From: Candidatus Omnitrophota bacterium
GTDB lineage: Bacteria; Omnitrophota; Gorgyraeia; B26-G9
Assembly (NCBI GenBank): GCA_043814605.1
Contig: JBDRJV010000010.1
Location: 1,340 to 65,339 of the forward strand
Length of the DNA stretch: 64,000 nucleotides
Direction of reading: 5' to 3'
Positions 46,194 to 55,210 of this stretch are shown here, in pieces; the first letter of the stretch is position 1, and every line of letters begins with the position of its first letter. The position numbers and the translations under genes were made by a program. The notes beneath the pieces are model-generated. The model searched no databases. It had not been told where the DNA came from and saw only the letters and a program-made list of their open reading frames with translations.

Positions 46194-47574
46194 AGGATTC
46201 CTTTTGTTTAAATAAATAAATTTTTCTTAAGGATTGGGTTATGTCTTTACACTTTTGCAGTTCAAAATACCGCTGAAAAACATTTTCAAATTGCGATTGA
46301 TAGTAATCGTCAAAGATATCTTTACGGTCCTTAAGCATTTTTTCAACTTGGGAATCATTTTTGGGAATAAATTCAATGATTAGCCATTTACAGATCTGGC
46401 TAAAGAATTTAGCTAAATTCTCAAAACAGATATTATCAGTAATTCTTAAGTGGTGCATTAATCCTAGCACGAAAACCATATCTGCGGGGCCTCGTTTAAC
46501 TAAAGAATCTCTTTCTTGATTAGCCCAGCCCAGGCTAGGGCTGGGATTGGCAATATCAACAACCAGAGGTAAAATATTTTTTAGATTAGCATTTTGACAT
46601 TGATGATAATTCTTTTCAATGCAGGATTCATTTTTATCTAAAGATAAAGTAAAAATTCCTTTTTCCTGGGCAATTTGGCTAAATATCCCGGTATTTGCTC
46701 CTAAGTCCCAAATGTTTTCAGGATTAGTTTGGGCTAAAAAATTATTAACTAGTTGCTGTTTATTTTTTAAAGCCTCAGGAGTATAACTATTTTGTTCATT
46801 ATAATAATTATCCCAATAAGTTGCTTGAGGCTTCCAATATAAATTTTTTACAGTGTTTTCTAGATTATCAATTAGTGCGCAGAGAGATTTTTTACTTATT
46901 TTTTGCCCAGAAGAATTAATTTCTTTTTGAAAAAATATATTTTGTGTTTTTGCATGCAGGTGAATATGGGTTAATAATGAAAAATTAAAATAACTTGAAA
47001 AAGGAAGCAGTTTACTGGCGAAAGCTAAAGGAACTCCGTCAATAAAAGACTTAAAAAAAGAAGTGCATTCTGGCCCAGCGTATTTTATTAAAGCTAACGG
47101 GGCTAAAAAATGCTGTATAAATTGTTTGTAACCTGGCCACAATTGATTATTTTTGTATTTTTCAAAGGAGAGAGTATCAATTAAAATTGGATGGCAATCT
47201 TTAAATTGAATATTATAAACGCTAGAGTCTTTTAAAATCATGCCAAATTCTAGAGCTATTTTTTGAACTTTTAAAGTTAATAATGCAGCATCTTTTAACT
47301 GGCTAAAACACCATTCGTAAGGGTAAGATACAAAAGGGATTTTTTCCGGCTGAATAATTTTATAATGGCTGGGCAGAGAACTAATATTTAAAGAAACTTC
47401 CTGATGAGGAATGAGTAAATTTTCCTGACTTAGCTGTGTATAGAGTCCGGATTGCATTAAATGATCATAATTTTCTTTATAATCATAATTAATTTGGCGG
47501 TATAAGACATGGTTATGATATAAAATAAAACCGCTAGGATCACGGAATGAGGCTGAATGTATTTTATTTACCAT
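46186..47574 (-). CDS. fusion of kinase-like (choline/aminoglycoside phosphotransferase-type) domain and class I SAM methyltransferase domain
   Basis: The N-terminal half has a Brenner-like catalytic loop (ILKDSSVYNIQF...ILIDTLSFE). The C-terminal half has MTase motif I (IWDLGANTGIF) and downstream acidic motifs. Confidence 0.45.
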   Translation of the reverse strand: MVNKIHSASFRDPSGFILYHNHVLYRQINYDYKENYDHLMQSGLYTQLSQENLLIPHQEVSLNISSLPSHYKIIQPEKIPFVSYPYEWCFSQLKDAALLTLKVQKIALEFGMILKDSSVYNIQFKDCHPILIDTLSFEKYKNNQLWPGYKQFIQHFLAPLALIKYAGPECTSFFKSFIDGVPLAFASKLLPFSSYFNFSLLTHIHLHAKTQNIFFQKEINSSGQKISKKSLCALIDNLENTVKNLYWKPQATYWDNYYNEQNSYTPEALKNKQQLVNNFLAQTNPENIWDLGANTGIFSQIAQEKGIFTLSLDKNESCIEKNYHQCQNANLKNILPLVVDIANPSPSLGWANQERDSLVKRGPADMVFVLGLMHHLRITDNICFENLAKFFSQICKWLIIEFIPKNDSQVEKMLKDRKDIFDDYYQSQFENVFQRYFELQKCKDITQSLRKIYLFKQKESCE

Positions 47575-47803
47575 CTAAATGTTTATTTTTCCGAGAAAAA
47601 AAAGATTTAAGAAAAGATTTATATTTATTAAAAATCAATTTTAAAACAAAAAAACCACTGAGTAATCCGGCGATTATTAGCTGAAATAAATTGCTGCCGC
47701 TACCAGGATCAAGATAAGCATAACTTGTTTTAGTGAAAACAGTTATATAAATGAAAATAAAAGTAATATAAAATAACATGGTTTTTATTGGTTTCTCATG
47801 CAT
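47564..47803 (-). CDS. small membrane protein (2 TM)
   Basis: 79 aa. Overlaps the start of the downstream gene. Hydrophobic. Confidence 0.3.
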   Translation of the reverse strand: MHEKPIKTMLFYITFIFIYITVFTKTSYAYLDPGSGSNLFQLIIAGLLSGFFVLKLIFNKYKSFLKSFFSRKNKHLDGK

Positions 47804-47972
47804 TCTTAATTTTCTTTTGCAAATAATCTCTTCTTATTATATAGAAATATTGTTAAAATTCAAACAGGAAATTTTATGATCATTAAATTAGGTTTTTCTG
47901 TTGGCAAAAATAGTACTTAGTGATACAATACTACGCATAACACTAATCCGCTAATTAAAATAGAATTAAAAG

Positions 47973-49088
47973 ATGTTTAAAAATAAATATAAATATAATT
48001 TGACAGTTTTAATATTTTTTTCAGTTATTCTTTCTCTAACTCTAAGTGGCTGTGCTGGTTCGGGAAAAACAAGAGCATCTTTGGGTAAAATAACGGAAAG
48101 ATCAGTTAAAATTAACGGAAAACGTTATGTTTCTGTTTTTGAAATTTGTAAAAATCAAAATATTTCCTATGATTGGGACGGATTTTCTAATATTATTACT
48201 TTAAAAAAAGAAGGTATTCAGATAAAGCTTTGTCTGGGCAGTTCGCTGATACTGTATGCAGATCAAGTGCATGATTTGGAATCACCGGTGCGAGTTTATA
48301 ACGGTTTAATTATGGCCCCGGATTCTTTTGTAAAATTTTTTCTGATAGAAAAAGAAATAATTCCGCCAAAAGAAGCAAAACCAGGTATTTTTAAAATTAA
48401 AAAAATAGTTATCGACGCTGGCCACGGGGGAAAAGATCCCGGAGCTGTTGGTAAAAGTGGCATAAAAGAGAAAGACATTGTTTTAGATCTTGCCCAGCGT
48501 TTAGGTAAAGAGCTTAAAAAACAAGGCATTAATGTAGTTTTAACTCGGAATACGGATATTTTCCATTCTTTGCAAAAACGCAGTCAGATTGCAAATGAAG
48601 AAAATGCAGATTTTTTTATCAGTATCCATGCCAATGCTGCGCAAACATCATCGGCACAGGGGTTTGAAGCCTATTATTTATCTGTAGATCATGATGATTT
48701 TTCTAAAGCTGTGCAAATCAGAGAAAATGCCGCAATAAAATTTGAAGACAATACAGAATACCAATATTCAACAGATTTAAATGCAACACTTTGGGACATG
48801 ATTCTTTCCGAAAATAGGATTGAATCCATAAAGATGGCAAAATTTGTGGCTGACGAATTAAAAAGAAATTTAAAATTAAATACGCGCTATATCAAAGGTG
48901 CTAATTTTTATGTTTTAAAAGGCGCAAAAATGCCGGCGGTTCTTTTAGAAGCCGGGTACTTGACAAATTCTCAGGAAGCCGCCAGGCTTAATAATGCATA
49001 TTATCGCCAGATGTTGGCCGAGGCAATTAGTTCCGGGATTATAAAATATAAAAGAACGTTTGAATTAAATAATGGGTTTAGCCGATGA
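47973..49088 (+). CDS. N-acetylmuramoyl-L-alanine amidase (Amidase_3, AmiC-like) lipoprotein
   Basis: Lipobox LTLSGC. IVIDAGHGGKDPGAVG and the zinc-binding motif of Amidase_3. Confidence 0.8.
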   Translation: MFKNKYKYNLTVLIFFSVILSLTLSGCAGSGKTRASLGKITERSVKINGKRYVSVFEICKNQNISYDWDGFSNIITLKKEGIQIKLCLGSSLILYADQVHDLESPVRVYNGLIMAPDSFVKFFLIEKEIIPPKEAKPGIFKIKKIVIDAGHGGKDPGAVGKSGIKEKDIVLDLAQRLGKELKKQGINVVLTRNTDIFHSLQKRSQIANEENADFFISIHANAAQTSSAQGFEAYYLSVDHDDFSKAVQIRENAAIKFEDNTEYQYSTDLNATLWDMILSENRIESIKMAKFVADELKRNLKLNTRYIKGANFYVLKGAKMPAVLLEAGYLTNSQEAARLNNAYYRQMLAEAISSGIIKYKRTFELNNGFSR

Positions 49089-49894
49089 ATAATTTAAGAC
49101 CGATAGGAATTTTTGATTCTGGCATGGGGGGATTAACAGTTGTCAAAGAGGTAATGCGTACACTGCCGCAGGAAAAGATCATTTATTTTGGGGATACAGC
49201 GCGTGTGCCTTATGGGCCAAAATCAAAAGAAACTGTTGTGCGTTTCTCAATTGAGAATATTCTTTTTTTGCTTAAACATAATGTAAAAATGATAATTATT
49301 GCCTGTAATACAGCTTCCAGTGTGGCGCTTTCTATTGTCCAGGAAAATTTTAAGGTGCCGGTTATGGGTGTAATTACCCCGGGGGTAAAAAAAGCTTTGA
49401 GTATTACAAAAAATAATCGGATTGGAGTTATTGGCACAAAGACAACAATAAAAAGTAAATCCTATGAAAAGCAAATACTTAAAATTTCTAAAAATACAAA
49501 AATATACAGTAATGCTTGTCCGTTATTTGTGCCTTTAGTGGAAGAAGGCTGGTTAAATCGGCCGATAACCAAGATTATTGCGCAAGAATATTTGTCTCCT
49601 TTTAAAAAGAAAAAAATTGATACAATGATCTTAGGCTGCACTCATTATCCGTTATTAAAGCCGGTGATAAAAGATGTCTTAGGCACAGGAGTAGTTTTGG
49701 TTGATTCCGCTAAGGAAGTTGCTCAAGGGGCTAAACAAATTTTAGTTAAAGAGAATTTACTGGCGACAAAACAAAAATCAAAAATCAATAATATCAGTTT
49801 TTATGTTAGCGACGAACCGGAAAATTTTTCGCATCTGGGGCAAAAATTTTTAGGTTTTGCTCTTAATAATGTAAAGAAGGTAAATCATGTTTGA
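49085..49894 (+). CDS. murI: glutamate racemase
   Basis: IGIFDSGMGGLTV and the CNTAS...GCTHYP catalytic cysteine motifs. Confidence 0.85.
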   Translation: MNNLRPIGIFDSGMGGLTVVKEVMRTLPQEKIIYFGDTARVPYGPKSKETVVRFSIENILFLLKHNVKMIIIACNTASSVALSIVQENFKVPVMGVITPGVKKALSITKNNRIGVIGTKTTIKSKSYEKQILKISKNTKIYSNACPLFVPLVEEGWLNRPITKIIAQEYLSPFKKKKIDTMILGCTHYPLLKPVIKDVLGTGVVLVDSAKEVAQGAKQILVKENLLATKQKSKINNISFYVSDEPENFSHLGQKFLGFALNNVKKVNHV

Positions 49895-50255
49895 AATTAG
49901 CGTAAGTATGGATTTCAGTGCGGCACATAACTTGCGTAATTATCAAGGTAAGTGCGAGAGACTGCACGGACATAATTGGCAGGTTGAGGTAACGTTTGGA
50001 TCAGAAAAATTAGATAAAAGTAATATGGTCATGGATTTTTCTCAAGCAAAAAAAATGTTAAAGCAGGTACTTGCATATTTCGATCATTCTTATATTAATG
50101 AAACAGAATATTTCAAAAAATTTAATCCCACTTCTGAAAATATTGCAAAATTTATTTTTGAAAAGCTAAAATCAGAAGCAAAAAAAATGGATTGTGATGT
50201 TATGCGTGTTAATGTTTGGGAAACACCGCGGAGTAAGGCAACTTATTATGAGTAG
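49887..50255 (+). CDS. queD: 6-carboxy-5,6,7,8-tetrahydropterin synthase QueD
   Basis: CERLHGHNW motif (CxxxHGH) of the QueD/PTPS family. 122 aa. Confidence 0.85.
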   Translation: MFEISVSMDFSAAHNLRNYQGKCERLHGHNWQVEVTFGSEKLDKSNMVMDFSQAKKMLKQVLAYFDHSYINETEYFKKFNPTSENIAKFIFEKLKSEAKKMDCDVMRVNVWETPRSKATYYE

Positions 50256-50413
50256 AGAGAATCTAAAAGCTATTATTAATAAGATGAGAATATAAACAAA
50301 AACTATAGTGTTTAGCGGTTAGAGGTTAGAGGGGATTTTTTAATTTTAGAAAAATAAATACTCTCTCTACTCTTTTCTTGCTACTCGCTACTTAATTGTT
50401 TTAAAGGTGAGTT

Positions 50414-51103
50414 GTGCTAAAAAAAGAACTGCTTAATAAAAAAGTGAAGAAAGCCGTGGTTTTGTTATCCGGAGGATTGGATTCTACGGTTACGCTTTAT
50501 TATGCAAAAACTCAGGGTTATCAAACTTATGCGTTAACCTTTGATTATGGCCAGCGTCATAAAAAAGAAATTAATTTAGCCCGGCAGATTGCCGGAAAAG
50601 CAAAAAGCTCCTGGCGGTTAGTGAAGATGCAGTTGCCCTGGGGCGGGTCAGCATTGTTGGATAAAAAAATAAAAATCCCCCAAAGGCGAAAAAATATGAA
50701 TAATATTCCCGCAACTTATGTTGCGGCGAGAAATATAATTTTTTTAAGTTTTGCCGCTTCCTGTGCAGAAACAATAAAGGCAGAAGCGATTTTTATCGGA
50801 GCAAATCAAATTGATTACTCCGGGTATCCGGATTGCCGAATGAGTTTTTTGAAAATGTTTGAAAAGATTTTGGAAAAAGGGACAAAACAAGGAACTGGCG
50901 GTAAGAAAATTTCTGTTTGTGCTCCATTAGTTAAAAAAAATAAAGAACAAATTGTAAAAATGGCTTTAGATTTAAAAATTCCGCTGGAACTGACCTGGTC
51001 GTGTTATCTGGGCGGTAAATATCCTTGCGGTATTTGCGATAGCTGTGTTTTAAGAAAACAGGGTTTTATGGCTGCGAAAACTAAAGACCCGGCTTATGCA
51101 TAA
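50414..51103 (+). CDS. queC: 7-cyano-7-deazaguanine synthase QueC
   Basis: AVVLLSGGLDSTV PP-loop and a C-terminal CxxC...CxxC zinc site. GTG start. Confidence 0.9.
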   Translation: MLKKELLNKKVKKAVVLLSGGLDSTVTLYYAKTQGYQTYALTFDYGQRHKKEINLARQIAGKAKSSWRLVKMQLPWGGSALLDKKIKIPQRRKNMNNIPATYVAARNIIFLSFAASCAETIKAEAIFIGANQIDYSGYPDCRMSFLKMFEKILEKGTKQGTGGKKISVCAPLVKKNKEQIVKMALDLKIPLELTWSCYLGGKYPCGICDSCVLRKQGFMAAKTKDPAYA

Positions 51104-51806
51104 GGCGAAAATTAAGGCAAAGATTAAAGAAGTTTTTTTTAGTTTGCAGGGAGAAGGGCCTTATTTAGGCACAGGGCACATCTTTGTGCGTTTTGATGCT
51201 TGTAATATAAATTGTGTTTATTGTGATACTCAGGCAAAAATAAACCGCAAAGCTGATAAAGTCAAAGAATATACAGTGCCGCAGCTAACAACGCGAGTTT
51301 TAGCTTTACAAAAAAAAAATAACGCACAGTTTTTAAGTTTAACTGGCGGAGAACCGCTGCTTTATGTTGATTTTATTAAAGAATTTTTGAAAAAGATTAA
51401 GCAAAAAAAATTATTAATTTATCTTGAGACCAACGGCATACTATATGCTGATTTTGCTCAAATCAGAGAATTGATCGATATCGTGGCTATGGATGTGAAG
51501 CTGCCGAGTTCCGGCAAACATAAATCTTTTTGGCTTGAACATGAGAAATTTTTAAAATTGTGCCGCGGGAAAAATATTTTTATTAAAGCTATAATCTGCT
51601 TAAAAACTACAATTGCGGATATAAAAAAGCTGACAAATTTAATTGCCCGGGTGGATAGAAACAAAATACTAATTTTACAGCCAAACAGTGATGATTTGTC
51701 TAAAGAATTAATAAAAAAGATGATGATGTTTAAGCAAATTGCTCAGAATAAGATTAAAGATGTCCGGATTATTCCTCAAATGCATAAACTTATCGGAGTT
51801 AAGTGA
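51096..51806 (+). CDS. queE: 7-carboxy-7-deazaguanine synthase QueE (radical SAM)
   Basis: CNINCVYCDT radical-SAM motif and LTGGEPLL. Sits in the que operon. Confidence 0.8.
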   Translation: MHKAKIKAKIKEVFFSLQGEGPYLGTGHIFVRFDACNINCVYCDTQAKINRKADKVKEYTVPQLTTRVLALQKKNNAQFLSLTGGEPLLYVDFIKEFLKKIKQKKLLIYLETNGILYADFAQIRELIDIVAMDVKLPSSGKHKSFWLEHEKFLKLCRGKNIFIKAIICLKTTIADIKKLTNLIARVDRNKILILQPNSDDLSKELIKKMMMFKQIAQNKIKDVRIIPQMHKLIGVK

Positions 51807-51831
51807 TATTAAAAAAGGGAAAATAGAAAAA

Positions 51832-52257
51832 ATGAAAAAAAATCAAAGAACATTAAGTGATTATGAAAATCTGCAAAAAAAAGTACGGAAATTTAAAATG
51901 CCCGAGGTTGAAGTATGGCAAAATATGTATGCTGATAAAAATTACTGGATTCAAATGGATATTCTGGAATTCACCTGTATTTGTCCGAAGACCGGATTAC
52001 CGGATTTTGCCCAAATCACTGTTGAGTATAGCCCGGGGAAATATTGTTTAGAATTGAAATCATTAAAATACTATATTAATGCTTACCGAGATTTAGGGGT
52101 TTTCCATGAACATGCAGTCAATAGAATTTTAGATGATTTAGTTAAGTCCTGTAAGCCGCGGCAGATGATTGTAACCGGTGATTTTAATTTACGCGGGGGG
52201 ATTAAAACCACAGTTAGTGCAGAGTTTAAAGAGAAAAAGACAAAGGGTAAAAGATAA
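51832..52257 (+). CDS. queF: NADPH-dependent 7-cyano-7-deazaguanine reductase QueF (type I); ORF track allows earlier start 51739
   Basis: EFTCICPKTGLPDFAQI (catalytic Cys + QueF motif). The ATG at 51832 is preferred because QueF type I is about 140 aa. Confidence 0.8.
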   Translation: MKKNQRTLSDYENLQKKVRKFKMPEVEVWQNMYADKNYWIQMDILEFTCICPKTGLPDFAQITVEYSPGKYCLELKSLKYYINAYRDLGVFHEHAVNRILDDLVKSCKPRQMIVTGDFNLRGGIKTTVSAEFKEKKTKGKR

Positions 52258-53096
52258 TGCGAAGGGTAACCGCAGAATTAATAAAGGATAAGGTTATTAA
52301 GACAGCAATTTTAGCCAATATAAAATTGCGGGCTGATGTTTTGGCGTGTTTGAAAAATGCATGCTTAAAAGAAAAAAATAGTTTAGCTAAAAAAGCTATT
52401 TCCTCAATCATTGAAAATGCAGAGATTGCGCAAAAGAAAAAAATAGCAATTTGTCAGGATACAGGCTTACCCGTTGTTTTTGCGGAGATTGGTAATGAGG
52501 TTTTTATTGATGGAGATATTAAGAAAATCATAATTCAAGCTGTCGGGAACGCTTACCGGGATACAGCGCTGCGTGCTTCTATCCAAGCTGATCCTATTAC
52601 GCGAAGCAGAAAAAATTCATTTTCTCCCTGTATTGTGCATACAGATGTTATCAAAGGGAAAAAAATAAAAATCACGTTAATGCCTAAAGGATTTGGGTCG
52701 GAAAATAAAGCACAAGTGAAAATGTTATCTCCTACGGCAACCGTACAGGAGATTGAAGATTTTATTGTCCAAACTGTAAAGCAGGCTGGAGCCAGTGCTT
52801 GTCCGCCTTATATCATTGGGGTCGGGATAGGAGGGACACAAGACTATGCCGCTCTTTTAGCTAAAAAAGCATTACTTAATCCGATCAGTAAACAAAATAA
52901 AAATTTAAAGTTAGCAAAATTGGAAAAACAATTATTAAAAAAAATTAATAAACTTAACATCGGAGCTTTTGGTTTTAAAGGAAAAAATACAGCAATAGCC
53001 GTAAAAATTAAAACTTATCCGACGCATATCGCCGGATTGCCGGTGGCCGTGAATATCAGTTGTCACGCATTAAGAAGTGCGAGTGTTACGATTTAG
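52257..53096 (+). CDS. class I fumarate hydratase / L(+)-tartrate dehydratase alpha subunit (Fe-S hydro-lyase)
   Basis: CQDTGLPVVF motif of the Fe-S hydrolyase alpha domain. Confidence 0.75.
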   Translation: MRRVTAELIKDKVIKTAILANIKLRADVLACLKNACLKEKNSLAKKAISSIIENAEIAQKKKIAICQDTGLPVVFAEIGNEVFIDGDIKKIIIQAVGNAYRDTALRASIQADPITRSRKNSFSPCIVHTDVIKGKKIKITLMPKGFGSENKAQVKMLSPTATVQEIEDFIVQTVKQAGASACPPYIIGVGIGGTQDYAALLAKKALLNPISKQNKNLKLAKLEKQLLKKINKLNIGAFGFKGKNTAIAVKIKTYPTHIAGLPVAVNISCHALRSASVTI

Positions 53097-53244
53097 GGGA
53101 TAGAGGGTTAATCCAATATTTTGGATTCTTAATCCTAAACCATAGAAAAACACGGATGATATTATTAAAAATTATTAATCCTGTAGGGTTCAGGCATGCC
53201 TGAACCGTAATTTAAGAAATGGTTATTAAATAGAAGAAAGATTA

Positions 53245-53772
53245 ATGAAGATACTAAAAGATCCATTAACAAAAAATGATATTAAGAATCTAAAAGCTGG
53301 GCAGGAAATTGCCTACAGCGGAATTTTATATACAGCACGCGATCAAGCACATCAGCGTATTGTAAATATGCTTAAACATAAAAAAAAATTACCATTTTCT
53401 TTAAAAAATAAACTGATCTATTATTGCGGGCCTAACCCGGCACAAAAAGGAAGAGTGATCGGAGCTTGTGGTCCCACAACATCAAGCCGGATGGATGTGT
53501 TTACGCCAAAATTATATGAAAACGGAATATTAGGGACTCTGGGTAAAGGAGAAAGATCTAAAGAGGTAATCAAGGCAATAAAAAAATATAAAGGAATATA
53601 TTTTGTTACCTACGCTGGCTGCGGAGCTTTGTTATCAGAATATGTAGTAAATAAACGTTTAGTATGCTTTGCGGATTTAGGGACAGAAGCAGTGTTTGCT
53701 TTAGAAGTAAAAAATTTTCCTTTGATTGTGGGGATTGATACCAGGGGGGTAAATATTTATGAGTATCGTTAA
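53245..53772 (+). CDS. class I fumarate hydratase beta subunit
   Basis: YCGP.P....[10 protein letters not shown] consensus of the Fe-S hydro-lyase beta domain. Confidence 0.75.
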   Translation: MKILKDPLTKNDIKNLKAGQEIAYSGILYTARDQAHQRIVNMLKHKKKLPFSLKNKLIYYCGPNPAQKGRVIGACGPTTSSRMDVFTPKLYENGILGTLGKGERSKEVIKAIKKYKGIYFVTYAGCGALLSEYVVNKRLVCFADLGTEAVFALEVKNFPLIVGIDTRGVNIYEYR

Positions 53773-54493
53773 TAAACGTAAACCGGATACAATACGTAAG
53801 GTTACAATGACCAGAAATATTATGAAGTATGCAGAAGGTTCTTGTCTAATTGAGATCGGTAACACTAAAGTGATTTGTACGGCATCGTGCGAAGATAAAG
53901 TGCCGCTTTTCTTAAGAGATAAAGGACAAGGCTGGATTACTGCAGAATATGGTATGCTGCCGCGTTCTTGCCGCAGCCGGATTGCGCGGGAATCAAGTTT
54001 AGGCAAACAAGGCGGCCGGACACAGGAAATTCAACGTTTAATCGGGCGTTCTTTGCGTACCGTAGTTGATTTAAAACAATTAGGCGAAAGAACAATTTGG
54101 ATTGATTGTGATGTATTGCAAGCGGATGGCGGCACACGTACAGCCAGTATTACCGGAAGTTTTGTGGCACTGGTTGATGCTCTTTATAAGTTGCAAACTG
54201 CCGGAACAATTCCGATTTTTCCTGTAAGAAAATATGTTGCGGCAATCAGTGTCGGCATTGTAAACGGCCAGGCAGTATTAGATTTAGATTATGAACAAGA
54301 TTCTCAGGCTGATGTAGATATGAATGTGATTATGACCTCATCTGGTGAATTTATTGAATTGCAAGGCACTGCTGAGAAAAAACCTTTTAGCCAAAAGCAG
54401 TTAACTCAATTAACGAGGCTGGCAAAGAAAGGTATTGATAAATTAATTAAATTGCAAAAAAAAGCACTCAAAGACATTCCCTTGCATTTTTAA
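53759..54493 (+). CDS. rph: ribonuclease PH
   Basis: RPD…[10 protein letters not shown]…[10 protein letters not shown]…GRTQEI conserved RNase PH sequence. Confidence 0.9.
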   Translation: MSIVNKRKPDTIRKVTMTRNIMKYAEGSCLIEIGNTKVICTASCEDKVPLFLRDKGQGWITAEYGMLPRSCRSRIARESSLGKQGGRTQEIQRLIGRSLRTVVDLKQLGERTIWIDCDVLQADGGTRTASITGSFVALVDALYKLQTAGTIPIFPVRKYVAAISVGIVNGQAVLDLDYEQDSQADVDMNVIMTSSGEFIELQGTAEKKPFSQKQLTQLTRLAKKGIDKLIKLQKKALKDIPLHF

Positions 54494-54586
54494 TTTTTTA
54501 AGTAGCGAGAGTATTTTAAACTCTCTACTTGTTACTCGCTTGTGCCCTTAAGGGTGCTACTTGTTACTTTAAAAGAGGAGAAAGTA

Positions 54587-55210
54587 GTGGAGGTTGTAGT
54601 TTCAACACGTAATAAAAATAAGTTTAAAGAAATCTACCGGATTTTAAAAGACAAAAAAATTAAAGTAATCAGTTTAGAAAAATTTTCACATATTCCAGAG
54701 GTAAAAGAAAACGGAAAAACTTTTAATGCTAATGCCTGCAAAAAAGCTCTAGAAATTGCTAAAATAACAAAACACTTAACGGTTGCGGATGATTCAGGAT
54801 TAGAAGTGGCTGTTCTAAATAATACGCCGGGTATCTATTCCGCACGTTTTTCCGGGCCGGGGGCAACATATGAAAAAAATAATGAAAAGCTTTTAACAAA
54901 ATTAAAAGGTGTTCCCAAATCAAAAAGAAAGGCGCGCTTTGTTTGTTGTGTTGCCGTTGCCGATGCTCAAGGTATTATTGATGTTGTTGAGGGATTTTAT
55001 CCGGGGTTTATTCTTGATAAAATAAAAGGGAAAAATGGGTTTGGCTATGACCCGGTTTTTTATTGCCCCAGGCTTAAAAAAACATTTGCGCAAATATCAA
55101 GTTTGCAGAAAAATAGAATAAGCCATAGAGCCCGAGCGTTTAATAAAGCTAAAAAAGTAATTTTGCGTTATATTGAAAATAAAAAAAATAAAAAGGAAAA
55201 ATTATTATGA
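54587..55210 (+). CDS. rdgB: dITP/XTP pyrophosphatase RdgB/HAM1 (refined GTG start; ORF track starts 54542)
   Basis: VVSTRNKNKFKE start, TFxxNAxxKA and the FGYDPVF motif. The RBS AGAGGAG lies 8 nt upstream of GTG 54587. The 54542 start would add a 15-aa non-conserved extension covering a leader motif. Confidence 0.8.
   Translation: MEVVVSTRNKNKFKEIYRILKDKKIKVISLEKFSHIPEVKENGKTFNANACKKALEIAKITKHLTVADDSGLEVAVLNNTPGIYSARFSGPGATYEKNNEKLLTKLKGVPKSKRKARFVCCVAVADAQGIIDVVEGFYPGFILDKIKGKNGFGYDPVFYCPRLKKTFAQISSLQKNRISHRARAFNKAKKVILRYIENKKNKKEKLL

Noticed and set aside
50256-50413. preQ1 riboswitch in the queD–queC intergenic region
   Set aside because: No preQ1-I hairpin followed by the A-rich tail (…UAAAAAACUAA…) was found, and no preQ1-II/III features could be recognised by eye. 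A different repeated motif is reported instead.
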